A stretch of DNA of 64,000 nucleotides. Origin: Planctomycetota bacterium (GTDB lineage: Bacteria > Planctomycetota > UBA1135 > UBA2386). Of the stretch, positions 45,062 through 56,100 are shown piece after piece (position 1 is the stretch's first letter; each line of letters opens with the position of its first letter). Both the position numbers and the translations under genes were made by a program. Location: the NCBI GenBank assembly GCA_965228735.1, contig OZ245838.1, positions 4,032,001 to 4,096,000 on the forward strand, given 5' to 3'. The notes below the pieces were generated by a model that was given only the letters and a program-made list of their open reading frames with translations, ran no database searches and had not been told where the DNA came from.

Positions 45062-45511
45062 ATGCAGTACATGACCGAACGTCCGACCCGTCTCGCCGGG
45101 GGATTGCTCGATGTGCCCCGGACCGTGGACGATCTCTTCCAACGCTTCTGGGGTGACGTGCACCAGCCCCGAACCGCCAACTCCTGGCGGCCGCACGTGG
45201 ACGTCGTGGAGACGCCGGAGGCCTACCTGCTCCGGGCCGAGATGCCGGGGGTCAACCCGGATGACATCGAGATCACGCTCGCCGGCGACGTGCTGACGAT
45301 CCGCGGCGAGAAGGTCGTCGAGAACACGCTCGAAGGCGAGAGCTGGTGCCTCAGTGAACGCACCGGCGGCCGCTTCGAGCGCAGCTTCAAGCTGCCCGGA
45401 CCGCTCGCGGACGACCAGGTCGAGGCCGAGTCCCGACACGGCATTCTCGCGATCCGGGTGCTCAAGGCCGAGCAGGCCAAGGCACGTCGGATCAAGATCC
45501 GGTCGGCCTGA
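45062..45511 (+). CDS. Hsp20/alpha-crystallin small heat-shock protein
   Basis: WRPHVDVVET, AEMPGV, LTIRGEK, ERTGGRFERSFKLP, HGIL; GGAG RBS before ATG 45062. Confidence 0.95.
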   Translation: MQYMTERPTRLAGGLLDVPRTVDDLFQRFWGDVHQPRTANSWRPHVDVVETPEAYLLRAEMPGVNPDDIEITLAGDVLTIRGEKVVENTLEGESWCLSERTGGRFERSFKLPGPLADDQVEAESRHGILAIRVLKAEQAKARRIKIRSA

Positions 45512-45583
45512 TCGCGCGCGACGCAGAGGCCGGCGGCCGGATGCTGGCCGCGGGCGTCCTGCCCCGCCACGGCCGCGGAGAGG

Positions 45584-48500
45584 TCACGCCGACACCTCCG
45601 CGCCCGTGGCCTCGATCGCCGTCTGCTTCACGGCCTTGAGGTCGAGCTTGCCGGTGCCGAGCACGGGCAGCTCGTCGACCATGACGAACTGGTCCTGCCG
45701 CGGCACGAACAGGGCGGGCAGGCCGCGTTCGCCGAGCGCCGTGACGATGTCCGCGATCTCGTCCTGCGGCATCGTCGTGAGCACGACGAGGCGTTCGCCC
45801 TTCTTCGGATCGGGCACACCGGTGACCGCGAACACGCGGTCCTCGCGCCCGACGATCTGCTGCAGGTGCTCCTCGACCGTGCCGTGCGGGACCATCTCGC
45901 CGCCGATCTTGGAGAACCTAGACAGGCGATCCGTGAGGAACAGGAAGCCGTCGTCGTCCAGCCGGCCGATGTCACCCGTGACGTAGTAGCCCTCGTGCAT
46001 GACCTCTGCCGTGAGGTCATCGCGACCGAGGTAGCCGCACATGACGTTGGCGCCGCGCACGAGCACGAGCCCGGCCTCGCCGCGCGGCAACGGCTCGCGC
46101 GTGTCCGGATCGACGATCTCGATCGTCACGCCGGGCAGCGCGCGTCCCACCGAACCGCGCCGGCAGCCGGCCTGGTAGAAGCCGGCCGCGCGGTAGCCCG
46201 GCGAACTCGTCGAGACGACGGGCGAGGTCTCGGTCGCGCCGTAGCCCTGCACGGGACGAAGCCCGAACTTGTCGAAGAAGGCGTCGGCGAGCTGTTCCGT
46301 GAGCTTCTCCGCAGCCGTCAACGCGATGCGTACCGAACCCAACTGGCCGGGCTCACAGCGCCGCATGTAGAGCTGCAAGAACGTCGGCGTCGCCAGCAGC
46401 ACCGTGATCTCGTGCCGCGCGACGAGCTCGCCGATGACGGCCGCGTCGAGCGGATTGGGGTGGAACACCAGGCGGGCGCCCTGCTGCGCGACGTACCACA
46501 GCGCGAAGTTGCCGAACGAGTGGAACAACGGCAACACACCGAGCACGCTGTCCTTGCCGGTCAGCGGGATCACCTGCGCGACCGCCTCACTGTTACACTG
46601 CAGATTGCCGTGCGAGAGCATGATGCCCTTGGGCTCGCCCGTGCTGCCGCTGCTGAACAGGATCGCCGCGAGGTCGTCGCGCTCCACCGCGCGTTCGGCG
46701 CCGCACGCGCGCTCGAGCGCCCGCACCGGCAGGAACAGCCCGCGCAGCAGCGCGCCGAAGCGTTGCGCACCCGTGATGCCGGCCATGACGTCCTCGAGCA
46801 TCACGAGCTCGACGCCCGCCGGCAGCTCGACCGGCATTCGTTCGAGGAACGCGCGCGACGTGATCACCGTGCGCAGCTCGGCCTGGCGCACCGCCGAGTG
46901 GAGCGCGTCCTTGCCGACGGTGTAGTTGAGCGCGACCGACGTGCGACCGGACAGGCTCATCGCGATCGCCGTGAGCGCGCCGCCGATCGACGGCGGCAGC
47001 AGCACGCCGACCTTGCTCTGCCCCGCGAGCTTGCCGCGCAGCGCCCGCGCGAGCGCCACGCTGCCGGCGAGCGCCTTCCCGCGCGACACCGACTTGCCGG
47101 CGCTGTCGAGCAGGAGCGTGCGCCACGGGCCGCGCCGAACGCGCCGCACGAAGTCGTAGTGCAGCGGCTTCAGCAACTCGGCGCGGTGATCCCAGGCCTT
47201 GCCCGCGAGTTCTTCGACGCGGGCCCGAACCTCCGCCGGCTTGGCGGTGTTCGGGAGCGCTTCCCCGAACGACACCGTGATCGGGCAGGGCACCTGATTC
47301 GGCAACCACTGCACCCGCCCACCGAGCGCACTGAGCAGCGTGCCGTAGACCCGATCGAGGTGCACCGGCACGATGACCGCGTTCCGCCCCTTCGCGATGC
47401 GTTCCATGCCGCGGCGGAACGGCAGCGTGCTGCCGACGCGACTGATCTCACCCTCGGCGAAGAGGCAGACGACCTCGCCGTCGTCGAGCGCCTGGCCGGC
47501 GTTGCGCAACGCCTTGATCACGACGCGCGGCCCGCCCGCGGCGGAAACCGGGATCGCGCCGAGCGCTTGCATGAACGGCTTGAGGTACGGCCGTTCGTAC
47601 CAATACGTGTCGATGACGAACCGGATCGGTCGATCCGTCGAGGCCAGCAGGAAGAGGCCATCCATGAACGACACGTGGTTCGGCATGAGCAGCACGCCGC
47701 CCTTCTCCGGCACGTGGCGCTGGCCGAACACCGTGAGCCGATAGAACGTGTGCGCCAGCAGGACGACGATCATCCGCAGCAGCGCGCTCGGCAGCAGCCA
47801 GATCGCCCACGTGGTCGCGATCACCGTGAGCGCCGCGGCGACGAGCAGGATCGTCCCGCAGTCCGCCCCGAGCTGGGACAGGAACAGGCAGCCGAGATTG
47901 CCGGCGAGGATGCCGACGAACGACAGGCCGTTGTAGAGCGCGATCACGGCGCCGCGACGCGACTCGGGCGCGAGCCACTGGACGAGCGCGTTGATCGGCA
48001 CGACGACGAGGCCGCTGGCCAGACCGAGCACGACCATCAGCAGGAACGTCCCGACGATGCCGGGAGTCCACAGACCGAAGATGCCGGTGCCGACCGCGAG
48101 ACCGATCGCACCGAGCGGGATGAGGCCGGTCTCGACCTTGCCCTTCGACAGCTTGCCCGCGAGCATCGCGCCCGCGCCGACGCCGATCGCGAACAGCGCG
48201 TACGGCGCGCCCGCCCACTTGTCGGAGAACTCGAGGACCTGCTTGCCGTAGATCAGGACGTTCTGCCCGAGCAGGCTCGCGAGCCCCCAGAACGCCACCG
48301 AACCGAGCGTCGCGAGCCAGAGCGCGCGTTCGCCGCGGACCGCGCGCCAGGCGCCCTTGATGACCTGACCGACGGACTCGTCGCCGCCGACAGCCGGCAC
48401 GTGCGGCACGCGCAGCGCAGCGAAGAAGCCGGCGACCGACAGCGCGGTCAACACGACGCCCGCCGGCCACGCCGACGAGCTGACTTCGAGCAGCGCGCCG

Positions 48501-49009
48501 CCCGCGACCGTGCCGAGGATGATCGCGAGGAAGCTCGCGGCCTCGAGCTTGCCGTTCGCCGCCGCGAGCCGTTCGTGCGGCAGCGACTCCGGCAGGATGC
48601 CGTACTTGGCCGGCGCGAAGAACGAGCTCTGCAAACCCATGCCGCCGAGCACGACGAGCGGCATCCAGCCCGACGGCTGCAGCCAGAGGGCGAACGTGCC
48701 AGCCGCCATGAGCACGAGCTCCGCGCCCTTCGTAGCGACGAGCAGCGTGCGCTTGCTGACGCGGTCGCCGAACACCATCGCCGGGACCGAGCCGAGCATC
48801 AGCGGCAGTGTGAGGATGACGAACGCCCAGGTCGTGACCGCCTGCGCCGCCGCCTCGTCGCCCGCGGGCACCGCCGCGATGCCGAGCAACGCGACGATCA
48901 TCTTGAACGCGTTGTCGTTGAAGGCCCCGAAGAACTGCGCCACGAGCAGTCCGCCCAACGGGCTGCGGCTCGATCGTGCGCTACGGCTCTGGATCTCGGT
49001 CTCGGTCAT
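45584..49009 (-). CDS. aas: Aas-like fusion: LplT-type MFS + PlsC acyltransferase + acyl-ACP synthetase
   Basis: AQFFGAFNDNAFK, PAKYGILPE (MFS); NHVSFMD, FAEGEISR (PlsC); FSSGSTGEPKG, GYGATE, TGDIG, RFSKIGGEMV, GTGKLD (AMP-binding). Confidence 0.93.
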   Translation of the reverse strand: MTETEIQSRSARSSRSPLGGLLVAQFFGAFNDNAFKMIVALLGIAAVPAGDEAAAQAVTTWAFVILTLPLMLGSVPAMVFGDRVSKRTLLVATKGAELVLMAAGTFALWLQPSGWMPLVVLGGMGLQSSFFAPAKYGILPESLPHERLAAANGKLEAASFLAIILGTVAGGALLEVSSSAWPAGVVLTALSVAGFFAALRVPHVPAVGGDESVGQVIKGAWRAVRGERALWLATLGSVAFWGLASLLGQNVLIYGKQVLEFSDKWAGAPYALFAIGVGAGAMLAGKLSKGKVETGLIPLGAIGLAVGTGIFGLWTPGIVGTFLLMVVLGLASGLVVVPINALVQWLAPESRRGAVIALYNGLSFVGILAGNLGCLFLSQLGADCGTILLVAAALTVIATTWAIWLLPSALLRMIVVLLAHTFYRLTVFGQRHVPEKGGVLLMPNHVSFMDGLFLLASTDRPIRFVIDTYWYERPYLKPFMQALGAIPVSAAGGPRVVIKALRNAGQALDDGEVVCLFAEGEISRVGSTLPFRRGMERIAKGRNAVIVPVHLDRVYGTLLSALGGRVQWLPNQVPCPITVSFGEALPNTAKPAEVRARVEELAGKAWDHRAELLKPLHYDFVRRVRRGPWRTLLLDSAGKSVSRGKALAGSVALARALRGKLAGQSKVGVLLPPSIGGALTAIAMSLSGRTSVALNYTVGKDALHSAVRQAELRTVITSRAFLERMPVELPAGVELVMLEDVMAGITGAQRFGALLRGLFLPVRALERACGAERAVERDDLAAILFSSGSTGEPKGIMLSHGNLQCNSEAVAQVIPLTGKDSVLGVLPLFHSFGNFALWYVAQQGARLVFHPNPLDAAVIGELVARHEITVLLATPTFLQLYMRRCEPGQLGSVRIALTAAEKLTEQLADAFFDKFGLRPVQGYGATETSPVVSTSSPGYRAAGFYQAGCRRGSVGRALPGVTIEIVDPDTREPLPRGEAGLVLVRGANVMCGYLGRDDLTAEVMHEGYYVTGDIGRLDDDGFLFLTDRLSRFSKIGGEMVPHGTVEEHLQQIVGREDRVFAVTGVPDPKKGERLVVLTTMPQDEIADIVTALGERGLPALFVPRQDQFVMVDELPVLGTGKLDLKAVKQTAIEATGAEVSA

Positions 49010-49105
49010 CGGTCGTTTCCTCGGCTCCCTGAGTCTCCGAAGTATCGCCATTTCCTTCGCCCTCGGTCCGTTACTTGTCGATTATCCATCGTTAAGCTCT
49101 GCTTT

Positions 49106-49993
49106 ATGATCGATCTGCATCGGCTCGCCGGGTTCCACCTCGTCGCAACGTCCGGTGGCTACGCTCGCGCGGCGCGAGAGGCGCCGTATCCGATCACGCA
49201 GCCAGCACTCCACCAGCAGGTCCGGAAGCTCGAGGCCGAACTCGATCTGCAGCTGCTCGAACGCGTCGGCAAGGACCGCATGCAGCCGACCGCGGCCGGC
49301 GCCGAGCTGCTGCGCTTCGTGGATCCGTTCTTCCGCGACCTCCCCGTCGTCGTCCGGCGGCTGCAGGCCAACGACTTCGACGGCGTGCTCACGATGCAGG
49401 CCGAATCCCTGCTGATCCGCCAGCTGCTGCCCGGTTGGCTCGCTGCCATGCGCCGGCGGCGACCGGGCGCCGAGCTGCGCCTCACGGAGGTCGCGTTGCC
49501 CGACGTCGACGAGCTGCGCAGCGGCCGAACGGACGTGATCGTCGCGCATCTGCCGGAGGTGCCCGACGACATCGCCGCGGAGCTCGTCGCGCGACTGCAC
49601 CCGAGCCTCGTCGTCCCGCGCGAACTGCTCGGCCGTCGCAAGCGGGCCCCGCGGTTCACCGAGCTCGCCGAACACCCGTTCCTGTCGTACCCGAGCGGCA
49701 GCCGGCATCGTGAGCTGCAGATGCAGGCGCTCGCGCTGCACGGGGTGAACCCGCCGCAATCGATCGCGCTCGATACCGCGGACTCGATCCTCGGCTTCGT
49801 CGAGTCGGGGCTCGGCTGGTCGCTGGTACCGAGTCTGCAACAGGGCGGCCCCTCGGGGCGGCGACTCGCCGCGTTCCCGCTCGAGCGGCCGAAGGTCACG
49901 TTTCCGGTGTATGCGGCCTGGCGGCGCGATGCGCCCGAGAACCCGATGCTCGACGCACTGCTCGAGACGCGGCCGGATCCAGCCGCCGGGTAA
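49106..49993 (+). CDS. LysR-family transcriptional regulator
   Basis: GGYARAA..ITQPALHQQVRKLEAEL..LLER..PTAAG; VESGLGWSLVP; divergent from aas. Confidence 0.93.
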   Translation: MIDLHRLAGFHLVATSGGYARAAREAPYPITQPALHQQVRKLEAELDLQLLERVGKDRMQPTAAGAELLRFVDPFFRDLPVVVRRLQANDFDGVLTMQAESLLIRQLLPGWLAAMRRRRPGAELRLTEVALPDVDELRSGRTDVIVAHLPEVPDDIAAELVARLHPSLVVPRELLGRRKRAPRFTELAEHPFLSYPSGSRHRELQMQALALHGVNPPQSIALDTADSILGFVESGLGWSLVPSLQQGGPSGRRLAAFPLERPKVTFPVYAAWRRDAPENPMLDALLETRPDPAAG

Positions 49994-50097
49994 CGACGCT
50001 GTCGCATGCCGGCGTTTCCAGGAACCCGCGGCGCGAGCACGACGTTCGCGCACCCGTAGGATTGCACAGCTCGCTCCGCGCCGAGAACCCCGCCCCC

Positions 50098-52752
50098 ATG
50101 AGCCCGAGAACCGCCCTCCTGATCGTGCTGCTGCTGGCCGGCGGCGCCGGCATCTACCTGCTGCTCGGGACCGGCGCGACGATCGCGCCGGACGACCCGA
50201 ACGGGCCTGTGACAGCTCCGGTCGGCAACGCCGGCGACCCGACCACGGCTACGGGCACCGGCGCGACGGACGCCACGACCGAGTCGACGACGCCCACCAC
50301 GATCCGCGACGCGGCCGACACCGCCGGTGGCGCCGTCGTTCCCGTTCCCGACGACGCGGAATGGATCGAGGTGCGCGTCGTCGCGGGAGCGACGGGCGAG
50401 CCGATCGCCAGCGCGGAGGTGTGGTGGTTCGACGACACGGTGACGGACTGGGTCGGCGACCGCCCCGAGCTCGTCCCCGAGGCCGAGCACCAGGTGCAAC
50501 GCGACATCGAGGACTTCGCGAGCCGCTTCGGCTGGCGCACCCAGAGCGACAGAAACGGCATCGCGCGGGTGCACCAGACTCGCACCACCGAGGTCGTCGC
50601 CCGCAGCGGCAAGCTGTTCGGGTCGGCCGAGGTCGGGAACAACCTCGTGCCACCCGCCGACGGCTTTCGGGTCACGCTCGTCGAGGACCGCGAGTTCGCC
50701 GTTCAGGTGCTGACGGCCGACGACACGCCGGCGATCGGCGTACCGATCATGGTCACGATCCAGCGCGAAGGCAGCAACCGCACCCAGCTGCTGCGCTACC
50801 AGTCGCTCGCCGCGACGCGCGCGCCGGACGGCATCGCCCGCCTGCGCCACGTGCAGGACTGGCCGGAATCGCTGCCGAAGGACGTCGCGTACACGCTGCG
50901 TGTGCGCACCGCGTTGCCCGGCCACCAGGACGAGGGCGTCGAGCTCGTTCTCGACGAGCTGCCCACCGAACCGATCGTGATGCGGCTGCCGACGACCGGC
51001 ACCGTCCTCGTGCGCATCGACGTACCCGAGGCGAATCCGACGCAAACGGCGACCCGCATCCAGCTGCGCGAGGCCGGGCCGACGACGCGGCGGCGGGCGA
51101 GCGCATCGCGGCGGGCGGGGCCGGACGGCTGGGCCCGCTTCGAACACATCGCGACCAACGCGACGCTGCGGGCCGTGGGCTACGTCGACGGCGGGTCCGT
51201 CAGCGCGGATGTCACGGGGCCGGCGACACCGGGCGGCACCGTCGAGGTCGTGCTGCGAGCCGACGGCGACGCGATCCGGCTCGTCGGGCGCCTGCTCGGC
51301 ACCGACGGTCAACCCGTCGCGGGCACGAAGTTCTCGCTGCGCCTGAACGGACGTCGCACCGGGCGCTTCACTCTCACGACCGATGACGACGGCCGCTTCC
51401 ACGCCCTGGTCGGCGCACCGCGCAGCAACGATCGCAACCAGGTCGACAGGATCACGGCGGTGCTGCAGCAAGCCGGTGAACGCCCGCTCACCGCGAGCGT
51501 CGGCGCGCGCGAGCTGCGCTCGGGCATCCAGAACCTCGGTGACTTCCGGCTCGCCCTGCCGCCGCTGATCGTCGCGGGGCGCTGCACGATGAACGGCGAA
51601 CCCGCGGCCCTGTCGTCGGGATCGCGCATCGAGTACGAGCACCGCCGTGAGAATCGCGATCCCCGATGGCGGCGGGTGAGCAACACCATGCTCTACGCGG
51701 GCGACGACGGCACGTTCGCCTACTACGGCGAGACCACGCACGACCAGCTGCGGCTGACCCCGCGCGGCGATCACCTGCCGGCGGAGCCGATCGCGTTTCG
51801 CCGCGGCCAGCGCGACCTGCGCGTCGAGCTCACGAGCGGCAGCGGAGTCGTCGCGACCATCCTGCTCGATCAGGTCGGCTGGCTGCGGCCGATCGCGCGC
51901 CTCGTGCGCACGAGCCCGCCGGCGAACGGCACTGCGGTGACGGACAGCGAGCCTGTCGTCGCGCGCCTGAACAGCCGCGACGATGACCGCTTCCAAGCGC
52001 GCTGGCGCGAGCTCGTCCCCGGCACGTTCGACCTCGAGATCGCGCTGCCCGGCATCATCGAGCCCCTGGTCCGCATTCCCGACGTCCAGGTGCCGCAACC
52101 GCCCGGCGGCGATCCGCGGCTCGTCGACATCGACCTCCAAAGCCGCTGCCGGTTCCAGGTCATCCGGCTGTTCGACTACGCGGGCGCGCCGGTCGAACGC
52201 GCCAGCCGATTCAACCGCGGCGGCCTGTTCCCGGCGGGCCAGCCAGCCGACGAGGAGCTCGTCGGCGCGCAGTTCTCGGGTCACGAGAACAAGATCCTGC
52301 TGCCAACGGAGCAGACCGAGGTGCTCATCGCCGTCGCCGGCTACCGGCCGACGACCGTGCTCTGCACGGGCGAACCCGTCGACGTGCGGCTCGACCGCTG
52401 GCCATCGGTCCAGCTCACCCTGCCCGATCTGCCCGCGCTCGACGACGGCTTCGACCTCGCCGTTCGCCTGCTGCCCGGCAACGACCGCCGCCGCTACCGC
52501 GCGGGCTGGTCGCGCGGCAACCTGCGCTATCTGCTCGCGCCGCCGGAGACCGCGGTGAAGTTCGAGAACGGCGTCGCCGAGCTGTTCGTCGACGACACCC
52601 TGCGCCGCGCGCAGGTCGTCGTGCGCCGCGGCCGATCCACGATGGGCGTCAAGATGCCCGAGGTGCACGTCTCCTCGACGACGGGCGGCCGCCAGATGCC
52701 GGTCACGGCCGAAGCCGTCGAAGCGGCGGCGAAGCTGCTGCGACGCGACTGA
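50098..52752 (+). CDS. Large membrane-anchored protein with carboxypeptidase-regulatory-like beta-sandwich repeats
   Basis: N-terminal TM and Thr/Pro linker; repeated G.PV.G..TD.DGRF units (TGEPIASAEV, GRLLGTDGQPVAG, TTDDDGRF). Confidence 0.75.
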   Translation: MSPRTALLIVLLLAGGAGIYLLLGTGATIAPDDPNGPVTAPVGNAGDPTTATGTGATDATTESTTPTTIRDAADTAGGAVVPVPDDAEWIEVRVVAGATGEPIASAEVWWFDDTVTDWVGDRPELVPEAEHQVQRDIEDFASRFGWRTQSDRNGIARVHQTRTTEVVARSGKLFGSAEVGNNLVPPADGFRVTLVEDREFAVQVLTADDTPAIGVPIMVTIQREGSNRTQLLRYQSLAATRAPDGIARLRHVQDWPESLPKDVAYTLRVRTALPGHQDEGVELVLDELPTEPIVMRLPTTGTVLVRIDVPEANPTQTATRIQLREAGPTTRRRASASRRAGPDGWARFEHIATNATLRAVGYVDGGSVSADVTGPATPGGTVEVVLRADGDAIRLVGRLLGTDGQPVAGTKFSLRLNGRRTGRFTLTTDDDGRFHALVGAPRSNDRNQVDRITAVLQQAGERPLTASVGARELRSGIQNLGDFRLALPPLIVAGRCTMNGEPAALSSGSRIEYEHRRENRDPRWRRVSNTMLYAGDDGTFAYYGETTHDQLRLTPRGDHLPAEPIAFRRGQRDLRVELTSGSGVVATILLDQVGWLRPIARLVRTSPPANGTAVTDSEPVVARLNSRDDDRFQARWRELVPGTFDLEIALPGIIEPLVRIPDVQVPQPPGGDPRLVDIDLQSRCRFQVIRLFDYAGAPVERASRFNRGGLFPAGQPADEELVGAQFSGHENKILLPTEQTEVLIAVAGYRPTTVLCTGEPVDVRLDRWPSVQLTLPDLPALDDGFDLAVRLLPGNDRRRYRAGWSRGNLRYLLAPPETAVKFENGVAELFVDDTLRRAQVVVRRGRSTMGVKMPEVHVSSTTGGRQMPVTAEAVEAAAKLLRRD

Positions 52753-52873
52753 GGGCCAACAGGAAGTCGAAAGTCCGAAAGCGGCGAGACGTTCATCGCC
52801 AGCCCGGTGGCCACGTGGCCCGCCGGCCCTACGATGCTGCCCCCGTTGCGCACCCCGGCTGTGACCTCCTGAC

Positions 52874-53107
52874 ATGACGAACAAGATCCGCAAGGTCTGG
52901 ATCGAAGACGGCTGCATCTCCTGCCAGGTGTGTCAGGACATCGCGCCGCAGGTGTTCCTCGTCGAGGACGGCGAGGATTGCGTCGTGCTGGCCGATGCGG
53001 CGCAGCACTTCGGCCCGCTCGCGGAGGACATCGAACAGGCGGTCGAGGACTGTCCGGTCGAGGTGATCAAGATCGCCGGCGAAGGCGACGAAGCGGCGAC
53101 CGAGTAG
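52874..53107 (+). CDS. Small monocluster 4Fe-4S ferredoxin
   Basis: CISCQVC..APQVF..CPVEVI; acidic. Confidence 0.9.
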   Translation: MTNKIRKVWIEDGCISCQVCQDIAPQVFLVEDGEDCVVLADAAQHFGPLAEDIEQAVEDCPVEVIKIAGEGDEAATE

Positions 53108-53119
53108 CTCGCGTTCGCG

Positions 53120-56100
53120 CTACCGCGTGACGCTGACGTTGAAGTACTTCGCGGCCGGGTGGTGGCAGATCACCGCGGACGTGCTCTGTTCGGGCACGAG
53201 CTGGAACTCCTCGCTCAGCGAAACGCCGATCCGTGAAGCCTCCAGCAGCATGAGCAGCTTGTCCTGGTCCTCGATGTTCGGGCACGCGGGGTAGCCGAAC
53301 GAGTACCGACTGCCCTGGTACTTCTGCTTGAAGAGGTCGTCGATGTCGGCGGCGTCCTCGTGCGCGATGCGCAGCTGCTGGCGGATGCGCTTGTGCCAGT
53401 ACTCGGCGAGCGCCTCGGCACCCTCGACGGACAGGCCGTGGAAGTGCAGATACTCGTCGTAGCGGTTCTCCTTGAACAACCGCTCGCTCTCGGTCGTCGC
53501 GACGGCGCCCATCGTCACGAGCGACAGGCCGATGATGTCGTGCTCGCCACTCTCCTTGCCGCGGAAGAAGTCGGACAGGCACAAGCGGCGCCCGCCGGGC
53601 TGCCGCGGGAACTCGAAGCGGCAGAGCTCGCGCGCGCGATCGTTCGGATCGAGCACGACGACCGCGTTCTTGTCGCTGAAGCACGGCCAGTAGCCGTAGA
53701 CGACGCGCGGCTGCAGCACCTTCTCCTCGCGCACGCGCTTGACGAGCTCGCGGAACCGCGGCTCGACGGTCGACTGGATGAACGCCTCGTAGTCCTCGTC
53801 GCTGCGCTTGCCCTTCTTGTACTGCCACTGCAGCCGGTAGAGCGCCTTCTTGTTCACGTACTGCAGCACGGTGCCGAGGTCGAGCTCGTCCGGCCCGACC
53901 ACCTGCGCGCCCCAGAAGGGGGCTTCCGGGATCGTCACCGCGGGCTCGACCCCGCTGTCCGCATACTCGGTGAACGCGTGCTCGAGCATCTTCTCCTTCT
54001 CGGCGCGCGTCAGGCGGCGGTGGCTCGTCACCCGCTTGTTGGGATCGCTCGGCGCCTGCGTCAGGGTCTTGGCCTTGGAGCGACCCGTGAGCTCGTCCAT
54101 GATGTGCAGCCCCGAGAACGCGTCCTTGCCGTAGTACACCGGCCCGGTCCCGTAGGCATCGCGCAGATCGTTCTCGACGAAGTGCCGATTGAGCGCCGCA
54201 CCGCCGCACACGACAGGCGTCTCGATGCCGCGCTGGGTCATGATCTCGAGGTTCTCCTTCATGATCGCCGTCGACTTCACGAGCAGCCCGCTCATGCCGA
54301 TGGCCTGCGCCTTGCTCTCACGCGCCGACTCGAGGATCTGCTCGACCGGTACCTTGATGCCGAGGTTGACGACCCTGTAGCCGTTGTTGCTGACGACGAT
54401 ATCGACGAGATTCTTGCCGATGTCGTGCACGTCGCCGCGCACGGTCGCGAGCACCATCGTGCCCTTCTCCTCGCCCTCGACCTTCTCCATGTGCGGCTCG
54501 AGGTGCGCGACGGCGGCCTTCATCGCCTCGGCGCTCTGCAGCACGAACGGCAGCTGCATCTCGCCGCGCCCGAACAGGTCACCGACGACCTTCATGCCGT
54601 CGAGCAGGATCTCGTTGATGATCTCGAGCGGCTTGTACTTCTTGAGCGCCTCGTCGAGGTGCTTGCCGATGCCGATCTTGTTGCCGTCGATGATGCGCTT
54701 CTCGAGGCGCTCCTCGACCGGCAGCGAGTCCTCGTCGACGCCGCCGCCGAGGTCCGCGCGCTTCTGGCCCGCGAAGCGCTCGATGAACTTGAACAACGGG
54801 TCGTAGTCGTCCGTGCGCCGGTCGTAGATCAGGTCGAGCGTGACCTTGCGATCGTCCTCGTCGAGCTTGTGCATCGGCACGATCTTGCTCGCGTGCACGA
54901 TCGCCGCGTCGAGGCCGTGCTGCAGCGCCTCGGCCATGTAGACCGAGTTGAGGATCTGGCGCGGGTACGGGTCGAGGCCGAAGCTGATGTTGGACAGTCC
55001 GAGGATCGTGCGAACGCCCGGGATGTTCTCCTTGATGAGCTTGATGCCCTCGAGCGTCTGGACGCCGGCGTCGCGCGACGCCTCGTCGCCGGAGCCGATC
55101 GTGAACGTCAACGGGTCGAACAGCAGGTCGCCAGGCTGCAGCCCGTGGCGGTTGACGACGATGTCGTAGAGGCGCCTGGCGACCGCGAGCTTCTGATCTG
55201 CGGTCTTGGCCATGCCCTCCTCGTCGATCGTCAGCGCGACGAACATCGCGCCGTAGCGGCGCGCGAGCCGGCAGAGCTCGTCCGCCTTGCCCTCGCCGTC
55301 CTCGAGGTTGATCGAGTTGATGATCGCGCGGCCCGGCACGACCTTGAGCGCGGCCTCGACGACGTCGAGCTGCGTGCTGTCGATCATGATCGGCAGCGTG
55401 ACCTGCTGCACCATCGGCCGCAGCAGTCCGAGCATGTCGGCGGTCTCGTCGCGGCCGACGTAGGCGGTGCAGACGTCGAGGACGTGCGCGCCCTCCTTCA
55501 TCTGCTCCTTGCCCATCGCGAGCATGCCCTCGACGTCGCCCTCGAGCATGAGCTCGCGGAACTTCTTGCTGCCGTTCGCGTTCGTCCGCTCGCCGACGAG
55601 CAGCGGCCCGCTGTCCTGGTCGAGCGGCATCGAGTGGAAGAGCGACGCGACCTGCGGCTCGAAGTCGGTCGGGCGCTCGGCCGCCTTCATGCCCTCGACC
55701 GCCTTGGCCATCGCCTCGACGTGCTCGATCGTCGTGCCGCAGCAACCGCCGATCACCGCGATGCCGAACTCCTCGACGAACTTCGCCTGGAACCGCGCGA
55801 GCTCCTCGGGCGTGAGGTCGTAGACGGCCTGGCCGCCGACGTTGCGCGGCAGGCCGGCGTTGGGCATGACCATGATCTGCCGCGTCGTGCTCTTGCCGAG
55901 ATAGCGCACCGACTCCTGCATGAGGTCGGGACCCGTCGCGCAGTTGAGCCCGACGACGTCGACCGGCAGCGCCTCGAGCGTCGTCACCGCGCCCTGGATG
56001 TCGGTGCCGACGAGCATCGTGCCCGTCGTCTCGATCGTGACCGTGCAGAAGATCGGCACCTCGCGGCCGAGCTCCGCCATCGCGTCGCGCGCGGCGATCA

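Noticed and set aside
45866..49105. Apparent 1375-aa LysR fusion
   Set aside because: The upstream part is antisense to aas; LysR starts at ATG 49106.
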